A DNA stretch of 64,000 nt from an uncultured Flavobacterium sp. Lineage in GTDB: Bacteria; Bacteroidota; Bacteroidia; B-17B0; Aurantibacillaceae. Both the position numbers and the translations under genes were made by a program. The first letter of the stretch is position 1; every line of letters starts with the position of its first letter. The notes under the pieces were generated by a model. That model ran no database searches. It had not been told where the DNA came from and worked only from the letters and a program-made list of their open reading frames with translations. Below, piece by piece: positions 28,880 to 37,290 of this stretch. The stretch lies in assembly GCA_964543545.1 (NCBI GenBank), contig CAZIYT010000007.1, positions 20,023-84,022 of the forward strand. The letters run 5' to 3'.

Positions 28880-29443
28880 ATGAAAACGACAACAAAAAAA
28901 GGAAGCGGAAAGCAGGCTTCGGAGTACAGCATGGAAGAATCTGCCTTAATGAAATTATTTGAGGACGAGCTCAAGGACATTTACTGGGCTGAGAAGGCGC
29001 TCACCAAAGCCTTGCCGAAAATGGCGAAGAATGCCACGTCGGACGAGCTGGTAGAGGCGATCGAAAACCACCTGGCCGAAACCGAAGAGCAGGTGAAGAA
29101 GCTGGAAGAAGTCTTCTCGCTCATCGGTAAAAAACCGGTGGCTAAAAAATGCGAAGCTATGGCGGGCCTGGTGAAGGAAGGCGAAGAGATCATGAAGAAT
29201 ACCGAAAAAGGCGCCATGCGCGATGCGGGCATTATCTCGGCCGGAAACAAAGTAGAGCATTACGAAATTGCGTCTTACGGGACGCTGAAAACGTTTGCCC
29301 AGATCCTCGGCTTAACGGAAGCCGCAGAAATCCTGAACGACATTTTAGAAGAAGAGAAACAGGCGGATGTCACCTTAACGCAGATCGCCGAATCTACGAT
29401 CAACATCCAGGCATCCGAAGAGGAGGCCGAAGCGGCTGAATAG
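28880..29443 (+). CDS. Ferritin-like YciE/YciF (DUF892) family protein
   Basis: IYWAEKALTKALPKMAKNATSDELVEAIENHLAETEEQVKKLEEVF...KVEHYEIASYGTL. Confidence 0.8.
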   Translation: MKTTTKKGSGKQASEYSMEESALMKLFEDELKDIYWAEKALTKALPKMAKNATSDELVEAIENHLAETEEQVKKLEEVFSLIGKKPVAKKCEAMAGLVKEGEEIMKNTEKGAMRDAGIISAGNKVEHYEIASYGTLKTFAQILGLTEAAEILNDILEEEKQADVTLTQIAESTINIQASEEEAEAAE

Positions 29444-29465
29444 AGAAAGCTGTATTGAGGTTTTG

Positions 29466-29505
29466 AAAAAAAAGAAGGTGTAAATATTTACACCTTCTTT
29501 TTTTG
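29466..29505 (+). terminator. Terminator after the DUF892 gene
   Basis: AGAAGGTGTAAA/TTTACACCTTCT stem followed by T7. Confidence 0.85.
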
Positions 29506-29621
29506 CCTGTAGAAGCCCTTCTACAGTGGGCTTACAAGCGGCTTTCATTTTTTATTAGGATATATCCCGTAAATAATTCTACCTTTGGACCCTCAAGTTC
29601 TTTTTTTATTTCTTCATTCAA

Positions 29622-29796
29622 CCGGAAAAGGTTTTACTTAGCTGTAGATTAATAGGGAATCGTGTGAGAATCACGAACTGTCGCGCAACTGTAAGTAACA
29701 CAAAAAAGTTTTACCGCTTAGATCCACTGTCACGATGCGTCGTGACGGGAAGGATGGTAAAATGTTACAAGTCAGGAGACCTGCCTCTTTCGAATT
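29622..29796 (+). promoter_or_regulatory. Cobalamin (B12) riboswitch
   Basis: AATAGGGAATCGTGTGAGAATCACGAACTGTCGCGCAACTGTAAG (29651-), CCACTG (29724-29729), GGGAAGG, and a B12-box-like AGTCAGGAGACCTGCC (29770-29785) occur in the canonical order. Confidence 0.85.
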
Positions 29797-29987
29797 GACA
29801 AATGCTTTCGCGAATAAAGTTTTTTGGTCGGGTAGGGTGTATACCGCTTTCTGTGATTTCAGGGGGTGTATATATTTTTTCTTTTCCTCCATTTTATTTC
29901 ACAAAGCATAGCGAAGTTCCGCAAAAAGAGCTTTAAAGAATCCTGTATTCCTTTAAACGCTATTGATGCCACACAACAACTTCTGCT

Positions 29988-30061
29988 GCCCGCGCCCTGG
30001 CAGCAATTCCTTCTTTCGTTTACCTCCCCGCACAAACCGTGCGGGCCTCTCTCCCTGTGCC
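29988..30061. repeat. Possible degenerate family-1 unit (reverse orientation)
   Basis: GCGCCCTGGC ... internal hairpin CCCCGCAC/GTGCGGG ... TCCCTGTGC. Weak match to the reverse units at 24146 and 43988. Confidence 0.3.
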
Positions 30062-30104
30062 AGCCACAGCTCTTATCACTATTCACTCATCACTCCTTAC
30101 TAAA

Positions 30105-30491
30105 ATGACCACAGAAGAAAAAATCGAACGTTCGGAAACACGCCTGTTCAAAGCGGTTTTCCCCAATACCACCAACCATTACGATACGCTGTTTGGCGGC
30201 ACTGCCATGCAGATGATGGATGAGGTGGCTTTTATCACGGCGACGCGTTTCAGCAGGCAGCGCATGGTAACGGTGAGCAGCGACCGCATCGACTTCAAAA
30301 AGCCGATTCCCGGCGGTACCATTGTAGAGCTGGTAGGAAAGGTGGCTTACCTGGGAAAAACCAGCGTGAAGGTGCGCGTCGATATTTTTATCGAGCAGAT
30401 GTACAGCGAGCATCGCGAAAAGGCCGTGAGCGGCGAGTTCACCTTTGTAGCCATCGATGAACATAAGAAACCGGTAAAGATCGACCGATGA
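30105..30491 (+). CDS. Hotdog-fold acyl-CoA thioesterase
   Basis: MTTEEKIERSETRLFKAVFPNTTNHYDTLFGGTAMQMMDEVAFITATRFS...VTVSSDRIDFKKPIPGGTIVELVGKV. ATG at 30105 is preferred over the upstream alternative start. Confidence 0.8.
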   Translation: MTTEEKIERSETRLFKAVFPNTTNHYDTLFGGTAMQMMDEVAFITATRFSRQRMVTVSSDRIDFKKPIPGGTIVELVGKVAYLGKTSVKVRVDIFIEQMYSEHREKAVSGEFTFVAIDEHKKPVKIDR

Positions 30492-30516
30492 TGAAAACAA
30501 TAGAGTGCGTATTCGT

Positions 30517-30629
30517 GCGCCAGGGATTGAAGCGGAAATCCTTTTGCGGGTTCCAGGCCTCACAGCGATAAACGGGAGACCGCTTACCCGCAAAAGATTG
30601 AAGCGAAAAGCCCGCTTGGGCGCCCAAAA
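30517..30629 (+). repeat. Family-1 unit (forward orientation)
   Basis: GCGCCAGGGATTGAAGCGGAAATCCTTTTGC...GCAAAAGATTGAAGCGAAAAGCCCGCTTGGGCGCCCAAAA. Confidence 0.75.
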
Positions 30630-30733
30630 TAGTATGTTCAGGAAAGGATGCAGCACAAACCGGAGCAATGACACATTAATTCAAAATCCTAATCAATAAA
30701 TCAACAAGTCAATAAATCAATCCATAAACCACA

Positions 30734-32497
30734 ATGAAAAAAAATGTACTCCATCTTTTAGCGCTTTTAGGAACGCAGTGCCTCCTGGCGCAAACCACCC
30801 ATTACGAATTGAAAACCATTGCCGAAGGAAATTTCGGAACTCCTAACGGCGATGTCTTCAGTGTAACGGTAACGCCAACCTCTACCACCCAATCTACCGG
30901 CCTCTACCAGGCTGCCAACAGCACCACGGGTTTCGATGTTTTGCAGGATTTCCAGATTGCCGGTACTAAAGCCATCCTTTTATCCAAATCATCGGGCTAC
31001 CGCATCGTTATTGCCAATTACCCATCGTTTACACACGTGGCTACGTTCACCAACCAGGGCGCTCCGCAAACCATTGCCAGGGCCAGCAATACCAAGGCCT
31101 ATGTCGCCGTGGGCAGCACCAACGGCCTTCGCCAGATCGACCTGGTGAATAACACCATTTCGGCAGTGAGCGACCCGGGCTCACAGATCTCCGGCACCGC
31201 CAATTACATGGTAGCGGCTAAAGGATCGCTGTATGCTGCCATCGGAAGCAAGATCGTAAAGATCGATACGCTTACCGCGGCCGTTACCGGAACCATTAAC
31301 CCGGGCCTGGGAAGCATCAGCGGCCTCGAATACGATGCCGTGAACGAGCAGGTCTGGATCCTCGGAAAAACCGGTGGTGTTTCTTCCGTTGTAAAAATGG
31401 AAGTGGCCAACAATGATCTGCTCAATACACCGATTGTGTTTACTGGTGTCACCAATGCCGGCTACCTGAGGTATGCCAACAACAAGCTGTACTTCCTCAC
31501 CGGGAAGAATGTACATGCCTATAATATCCTGGTGCCGAATCTTCCTACCACGGCCGTGTATACGAGCTCGCTTACGGGTAGCTGGGACTTCGCTTATGGC
31601 AAAGCGTTCTACGTGGAAGCAGGCACCGGCAATATGGCTATCGGTAGCGCCAATGCCTTTACGGGGCCATCGCTGTATGAGATCGTGAACGGCAACACCA
31701 TGCAGGTGGCCGCTACAGGCAGCGTTAGCGGCTGCATCGGCGTGAACGAATTGATCCTGAGAACTTACACCGTGGCGGCATCCTCTCCCCCGGTTCCTGC
31801 AGTAGCCACTCTGCCGGTAGCCAACGGCCAGTGCTCGGTAACGCTGACAGCTCCTACCGCCAACGGGCAAAGCGGAGTGGTAACCGGAACCACTACCGCG
31901 CCCACAAGCTATAACGCACAGGGAACCTATACCTTAAGCTGGACCTATACGGATGCCGGTGGTTCTTCCTCGCAAACACAAACGGTGGTGGTGGCTGATC
32001 ATACAGCGCCGGTGCCCAATGTAGCGAACCTGCCAACCATTACGGTTTCCACCTGCTCGGTAACGCTCACACGCCCAACGGCTAACGATAATTGTGCGGG
32101 TGTTATTACAGCCACTACCTCTGCGGCTTTAACCTACACGGTACAGGGCACCTATACGGTAAACTGGGTGTATACTGACGGGTATGGCAATACGGCTAAC
32201 CAATCGCAAACGCTTGTGGTGAGCTGTCCTGCCACAGGCTTACAAGCCATTTCTTCTTTACAGGCATCGGTTTACCCGAACCCGGCCAGCGATGTGCTCC
32301 ATGTATCCATCCCCGGATCGAGCGAGGAGTATGTGATTAGCCTATGCGATCAGTTGGGAAAAACCGTGATGCAATGCATCATGACCGGAGAGCTTAGCCT
32401 GAATATGAATGCCCTGAATTCCGGATTGTATTATATGAACATCACACACAAAGCATCCGGAAAACATACGGTTCAAAAAATAGTGGTAAACCATTAA
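30734..32497 (+). CDS. Secreted T9SS-sorted protein: N-terminal beta-propeller-like region, two HYR-like repeats, type A C-terminal sorting domain
   Basis: Signal peptide, then AEGNFGTPNGDVFSV (YncE/DUF5074-like signature). Duplicated C..TLT.PTAN...G.YT..W.YTD..GN modules. C-terminal VYPNPASDVLHVSI...GLYYMNI. Confidence 0.8.
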   Translation: MKKNVLHLLALLGTQCLLAQTTHYELKTIAEGNFGTPNGDVFSVTVTPTSTTQSTGLYQAANSTTGFDVLQDFQIAGTKAILLSKSSGYRIVIANYPSFTHVATFTNQGAPQTIARASNTKAYVAVGSTNGLRQIDLVNNTISAVSDPGSQISGTANYMVAAKGSLYAAIGSKIVKIDTLTAAVTGTINPGLGSISGLEYDAVNEQVWILGKTGGVSSVVKMEVANNDLLNTPIVFTGVTNAGYLRYANNKLYFLTGKNVHAYNILVPNLPTTAVYTSSLTGSWDFAYGKAFYVEAGTGNMAIGSANAFTGPSLYEIVNGNTMQVAATGSVSGCIGVNELILRTYTVAASSPPVPAVATLPVANGQCSVTLTAPTANGQSGVVTGTTTAPTSYNAQGTYTLSWTYTDAGGSSSQTQTVVVADHTAPVPNVANLPTITVSTCSVTLTRPTANDNCAGVITATTSAALTYTVQGTYTVNWVYTDGYGNTANQSQTLVVSCPATGLQAISSLQASVYPNPASDVLHVSIPGSSEEYVISLCDQLGKTVMQCIMTGELSLNMNALNSGLYYMNITHKASGKHTVQKIVVNH

Positions 32498-32525
32498 TGC
32501 CCAACCGTTTTTGTTTTTGATGATG

Positions 32526-32560
32526 ACAGCGCCCGCCATTCGGTGGGCGCTGTTGTTTTA
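32526..32560 (+). terminator. Terminator after the T9SS-sorted protein gene
   Basis: ACAGCGCCC...GGGCGCTGT stem followed by TTGTTTT. Confidence 0.75.
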
Positions 32561-32778
32561 GGAGAATTGCTCTGGCAGGGGTATTGCGGAAAATAATCAA
32601 CGGTGGATTTTATGGAGCAATCGTTGCGCAAAACCTTGCAAAGCAATGAAATACGCCGGATAGTCCCGCTGGTACCAGATTTGATTGCCTATAGGATTGT
32701 TGTTTGAACATCTTTTGTATCCGTCGTTTAAGTAACCTAAATCTATTTATCAAGTACAAGCTACTACTAAACCACTAC

Positions 32779-33639
32779 ATGAAAGCTACTCTACCTAAGC
32801 CGACGGGCTTCGTTCTTCTCTTTGCCGTTTTCCTGCTTGCCGGCTGTGCCTCAAAAACAGCCTTGCAGGGCAAAGTGGTGATCGCACAACAGAAATTACC
32901 TTACCTGGCCCATCAAAAAATTCACCTGGAAAGAAATCATAAAAAAGCCTACACCACGGAAATCGACGACTTCGGCTTTTTTGAGTTCACAGGAGTAAAG
33001 CGCCATAAAACCTATTCCATAGAATTCGATTCTCTTTCCAAAAAGCTGGAAGGCAGCGTGTTTTACATCGCCAATATGAATGGGAAAAAAATAAAGGAGA
33101 TCGATCTGCGGAAAGGCTTCGAGTTCAGGCTGCTCCCGCTGGAGTTTAATGAGCTGGCCTTCCTGGAGGACGATGACCTCGACGAGAAAATCAAGGAATT
33201 TAAAAGAGGTACGGTAGGCGAGGAGCTGCTGGTTCGAAAATACATCCATTACGAAACGGGCGCCTACGGAATCTCGAGGGAGAACCGGAAATACATGAAT
33301 GCCATTGCAGGCGTATTGAAAGACAATAAGCAGTTTATCCTCAGGGTCAACTCGCATGCCGATGCCAAGGGCAACGACGACTTTAACCAGGCTCTCTCGG
33401 TGAAGCGCGCCAACGAGATCAAGAACTACCTCGTGAAAAAAGGCATTGCCGCCGACCGTATCGTTACCTATGGTTACGGCGAGAGCCGCCCGCTAAACAA
33501 TTGCACCAACGGCGTGGCCTGCAGCGAACTGCAGCATAAGCAAAACCGCCGGACGGAGTTTGTGTTTAAAGCTGTAAAAGCCTCTGATATTTCCCTCGGG
33601 GAAAATGAAAGGCGTTCGCGGTCCAGGCTTAAAAACTAA
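32779..33639 (+). CDS. OmpA-family lipoprotein
   Basis: LLAGC lipobox. C-terminal LRVNSHADAKGNDDFNQALSVKRANEIKNYLVKKGIAADRIVTYGYGESRPL...NRRTEFVF. Confidence 0.8.
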   Translation: MKATLPKPTGFVLLFAVFLLAGCASKTALQGKVVIAQQKLPYLAHQKIHLERNHKKAYTTEIDDFGFFEFTGVKRHKTYSIEFDSLSKKLEGSVFYIANMNGKKIKEIDLRKGFEFRLLPLEFNELAFLEDDDLDEKIKEFKRGTVGEELLVRKYIHYETGAYGISRENRKYMNAIAGVLKDNKQFILRVNSHADAKGNDDFNQALSVKRANEIKNYLVKKGIAADRIVTYGYGESRPLNNCTNGVACSELQHKQNRRTEFVFKAVKASDISLGENERRSRSRLKN

Positions 33640-33906
33640 GTTGATTTTTCCCCTCCGGTAAATCATCTGATAAATCCTTTACAGTCGCGCGGTTTCATGA
33701 CGGGGCTATCTAAGCAAATTGGGCGTTAAAAATCATGTATTGGAACTGTTTTTAGATGAGTTCAGGCAGTATTTTCATGTTTGATTGCTGTTTATGATTC
33801 CTGCAATTCAGTCCGTGAAGCACCTGTAAATACAGGTCTTCTCAAATTAGCTTGGCTTTCTTGCTTAACGTTGCTACATTTGCGCGCTAAAATCAAAACT
33901 GTAGTT

Positions 33907-35436
33907 ATGAAAACTTCCCTGTTTATGATCGGTATGCTGTTTTTGCATCTGGTCTGCCAATCACAAGACCTGATCGAGCGATCAGGTTCCGAGCTTAACA
34001 AAGACGATACGCCTTATTTCTCTTCCTATATAGGTAACGACGGGGATTATTTCTACACACTCCGGATCGACAAGAACATCGGGGGCTTATATAAAGGAAA
34101 TTACAGTGTAGACCAGATTGAGAAGTCGAGCCTCAATTATGTGAAGCGCATTGCGACCACGTCGGGTGATACCAGGACGGATCAAGAGCCCTCTGCTTTA
34201 ATGATGGGAAGTAACATTTACCTGTTTGTGAAATTTCAGAACAAGTCGGCAAAAACATGCGACTATGTGATGGATGTCATCAGCACAGACAGTCCTGGAA
34301 AACCTGCCGAAAGGCGTGTACTGGCCTCTTTTCCAACGGACGAAAGCCTGTGGTACCAGACCACTTTTTATCACATCCTCAGCCCCGACTCTTCCAAGAT
34401 AGGTGTGATCGCCAGGTTTAAAACAGAGCTGACGTACTATGTATACAATGCCAGTGATTTCAAAGAGCTGAGCAGGAAAAAACTGGCAAGCGCCAAAGAT
34501 AAATCTGAGACCACGAATTATAAAATAGATAATGCCGGAAACCTGTTTTACAGCCGGGTCGATCCGAAATTTTTCTCGGTAAGCGAAGTACCTGTAGACA
34601 ATGGCGCTGTGCTCACCTGTACATTTAAGCGCACACAGTACATGAAAAGCATTGACTATTCCTTTGATCCGAAACAGGGGCAGATCTATGTGTATGCCAT
34701 GTATTACGAGGCCAATAAAAAACCAAAAGAGGAAAACTACAGCAGCATCGGTTTTTTTGTGGCTAAAATAGATAAAAAGACGATGAAGGCTGCCGGTGAA
34801 AAGTATTATCCTTTTGAAGCCCTTATCCTGGATAAAATAGCCTGTGGCCAGCTGGACAAAGGATTTGTGTTTCGGGCCTACAACACCGATGTGTTATTCA
34901 CAGACAATTCGGAGCTTCTGTTGGTGATGGAGCAGGTTGCCGGCGGTTCGGTGCAAAGAGGCACGAATCCCAACTCATCTATGGATATGAGCAGTAAAAT
35001 ATACTACGAGGCCAATGAAATTGTAGTTGCCGGTATCAATCAGAACCTGGGTTTAACGTGGATGAAATTCGTTCCCCGCAATACTACCTATACCAACATT
35101 ACCAATAAAACGGAGAGCACCATTGCCTGTACACGTCTGTTCGACGGTAAAAAGCTGAAGTATTGTTTTATAGAGCATCCTAAGATCGAGGATAAGCTAC
35201 TGGATTATTCCAGCATCAATTTTTGCGAAATACCGCTTGCCAAAACCTATCCGGGAACCAATGTGGTGGAGTATACCATTAGTTCTAACGGAAGCATGGA
35301 CAAGCGCCTCCTGTTTACCAACAAAAAAGAATGGCTGATCCCCGAGCTATACGATGCCGGCTTAGGAAACGGGCAGCGCCTGGTAAGGTTCAGGAAAGGG
35401 GACAAGGAATATTTTAAGGTCATCAATCTCCGCTAG
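33907..35436 (+). CDS. Hypothetical secreted protein
   Basis: Start at MKTSLFMIGMLFLHLVCQSQ, with a TACATTTG box 24 nt upstream. No recognisable domain. Confidence 0.55.
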   Translation: MKTSLFMIGMLFLHLVCQSQDLIERSGSELNKDDTPYFSSYIGNDGDYFYTLRIDKNIGGLYKGNYSVDQIEKSSLNYVKRIATTSGDTRTDQEPSALMMGSNIYLFVKFQNKSAKTCDYVMDVISTDSPGKPAERRVLASFPTDESLWYQTTFYHILSPDSSKIGVIARFKTELTYYVYNASDFKELSRKKLASAKDKSETTNYKIDNAGNLFYSRVDPKFFSVSEVPVDNGAVLTCTFKRTQYMKSIDYSFDPKQGQIYVYAMYYEANKKPKEENYSSIGFFVAKIDKKTMKAAGEKYYPFEALILDKIACGQLDKGFVFRAYNTDVLFTDNSELLLVMEQVAGGSVQRGTNPNSSMDMSSKIYYEANEIVVAGINQNLGLTWMKFVPRNTTYTNITNKTESTIACTRLFDGKKLKYCFIEHPKIEDKLLDYSSINFCEIPLAKTYPGTNVVEYTISSNGSMDKRLLFTNKKEWLIPELYDAGLGNGQRLVRFRKGDKEYFKVINLR

Positions 35437-35509
35437 GCCCGGCTGTGTCTGATCAATCAACATTGACGTTTGTCAATAGATTAATCGTTGCACTGGCGCA
35501 ATCAAACAT

Positions 35510-35548
35510 AAAAAATCCCCTCACGATGTTCTGTGAGGGGATTTTTTA
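35510..35548. terminator. Bidirectional terminator between convergent genes
   Basis: A-run, ATCCCCTCAC/GTGAGGGGAT stem, T-run. Confidence 0.8.
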
Positions 35549-35572
35549 TGGAGAGAGCACCTTAAGAGAAGC

Positions 35573-36166
35573 TTACACCACATGCACCAGGTGCGGGTCG
35601 GAGTAGGGCTGTTCCTCGTCGTGCAGGATAGCCTTTACCCGGAACCAGTATTTGATGCCCGGGCTGAGGCCGTTGATATGCGTACTGGTGGTATTGCTTA
35701 CTTTGAATTGTTTCCAGTCGGTAGCCACAGATATATCGGTGGTCATTTCCCACACGTAGGCTGCATGGTTTCCGGCATAAGGGCAGATGAGGTCTACGCT
35801 GCCCGAGGTGCTTCCCTGTATGGCGTCAAAGATCTTGGGCTTTGCGTTTCTGCTTTGCCTGAGCATAAAGCCGCTGCTGAGGGCTTTTTCCTCATCATCG
35901 CCGCATTCCAGCTCCACGTGTCCTTTGAGGGCGATCAATACCTTTTCGAGGTAGATCACGCGTTTTTGAATGGTGGTGCTGTTGGGCTGGGCAGCGGTGA
36001 GAGCCGTGTGCAGGTCGCTGATACCCGTGCCGAGCGATGCCAGGTAAGTGGCTGCACCGGGAAAATTGGTGTTATTGGTGAGTGCCATGAAAATACTGTT
36101 GGCATACAGTTCCGTCCCGCTTGGGTCGAGGCCCTTAAGGTTAAGGGCCAGCTTAATCCGTTTCAT
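35573..36166 (-). CDS. Hypothetical protein with C-terminal fibronectin type III-like domain
   Basis: ...YVWEMTTDISVATDWKQFKVSNTTSTHINGLSPGIKYWFRVKAI... Start set at MKRIKLALNL. Confidence 0.5.
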   Translation of the reverse strand: MKRIKLALNLKGLDPSGTELYANSIFMALTNNTNFPGAATYLASLGTGISDLHTALTAAQPNSTTIQKRVIYLEKVLIALKGHVELECGDDEEKALSSGFMLRQSRNAKPKIFDAIQGSTSGSVDLICPYAGNHAAYVWEMTTDISVATDWKQFKVSNTTSTHINGLSPGIKYWFRVKAILHDEEQPYSDPHLVHVV

Positions 36167-36444
36167 AACGAATATTTTTAATTGTTTATAATTGTTTTTT
36201 GAAACTCGAAGCCTCTGCTGAGTAATCAAGTGAGAGGCTGGGGGAGAAACTTGAAAGCGTAGCTCTTTCGTTTATGATAGAAACGCTCTGATGCGGTGTT
36301 CTGACTTTATAACGCAAGGTTTGTTCCGCTATTACAGCGCTTAACAATTTTAACGGAGGGACTTTATAAATGGCGCTTTTTAAACCATAAGTGGCCGTTG
36401 ATTTGTGAAAATTCCTTAAGCAGAAAAACGGCGGCCGGCGATAA

Positions 36445-36750
36445 TTTCCGGCAGCTCCGCGACGTTTCCTTAGGCCGTGGGAAACAAGCAGCGGCGGCCG
36501 GATGTTTCGCGCAGCACTCAAACGTGTGATGCCGCGGCAGGAAAAGATCCATGGTCAATCGGAAACTTCTGTACGCCGTGCGAAACATCCGGCCGCGGCG
36601 GGAAGAGTGATGCCGCATCGCGAAATAACAGGTGGCGGCCCGAAAGATCCTGCGGCCTCCGGAAGCTGCGGGAAGCGGCAGGAAACGATGCAGGGCGCGG
36701 GTAAATTTCCGGTGGCGGGAAGAACGCTCAGATCGCGGGGTGAAGATCCT
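36445..36750. repeat. Degenerate ~100-bp tandem repeat in a GC-rich non-coding stretch
   Basis: GCCGTG[GC]GAAACA at 36474 and 36575. AAGATCC at 36544, 36644 and 36743. GTGATGCCGC at 36526 and 36607. Confidence 0.5.
36494..36596. other. Long hairpin: 17-bp perfect inverted repeat GCGGCCGGATGTTTCGC / GCGAAACATCCGGCCGC
   Basis: Arms at 36494-36510 and 36580-36596, checked base by base. Confidence 0.7.
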
Positions 36751-37186
36751 AAAGACGCCTGCGCAACATTGAGCGAATGATTCGTCCCCTTTAGTAAAGG
36801 CATCGCATTCATTGAAAAGCAATGATGATATTTGCCGTATGGCACGATCCCACAAATACAAGCCCTTTTTTGCTTGCTGCTCAGGCAGCGAAAAAGAGGA
36901 TAAGCGCATGGCGAACCGTGATTTCCGCCGTAAGGCAAAGATACGTGCCAGAATTGGCAGCGGCGAATTTCTCCTGATGCGTGAAGTATCCAATACCTGG
37001 GCTTTTGCCAAAGACGGCAAATGGTATTGGAGGAATGCCGGGAAGAAAGAAATGAGGAAGTGAGAAAAGTGTTCTCAGAGATCGGCCTGCATGGGAGGTG
37101 AATATTTCGTTGGTTGTTAAGATACTTAAAGATAGGGGGAAGTGCTGGTGTTTGGAGAAAGGTATTAATACGGGAGTTAACAAAAA

Positions 37187-37286
37187 GAAGCAGCTCGTCC
37201 CTACTGCTTCCGTGTTTTACTTTCATTGTATCTGAAAAGTAAAACTTATGCTTGTGTGTGGTTGGTTCAATTTAGACGAAGCATAA
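37187..37286 (-). ncRNA. Candidate structured ncRNA or terminator cluster directly 3' of the second RT gene (three consecutive stem-loops)
   Basis: GAAGCAG/CTGCTTC (37187-37210), GTTTTACTTT/AAAGTAAAAC (37214-37245, 10 bp perfect) and TTATGCTT/AAGCATAA (37246-37286). The cluster ends 4 nt from the RT stop codon. Confidence 0.3.
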
Positions 37287-37290
37287 TATT

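Noticed and set aside
29866-30108. 80-aa ORF immediately downstream of the cobalamin riboswitch as its regulated gene
   Set aside because: It has low-complexity Leu/Ser/Pro/Phe composition and no start context, and it overlaps a probable degenerate repeat unit. It is more likely untranslated leader.
36445-36750. Possible CRISPR array (also considered for 41990-42230)
   Set aside because: The repeats are degenerate, about 100-115 bp apart and not of constant length. There are no unique spacers of uniform size and no cas genes anywhere in the window.
36186-37226. Overlapping ORFs of 111, 218, 223 and 100 aa on the minus strand and 75, 92 and 83 aa on the plus strand
   Set aside because: They overlap one another in different frames. 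They are extremely Arg/Ala/Gly/Pro/Ser-rich and coincide with GC-rich degenerate repeats. Openness in several frames at once points to a composition artefact rather than coding sequence. Only the 51-aa sub-ORF at 36908-37063 looks even remotely protein-like.
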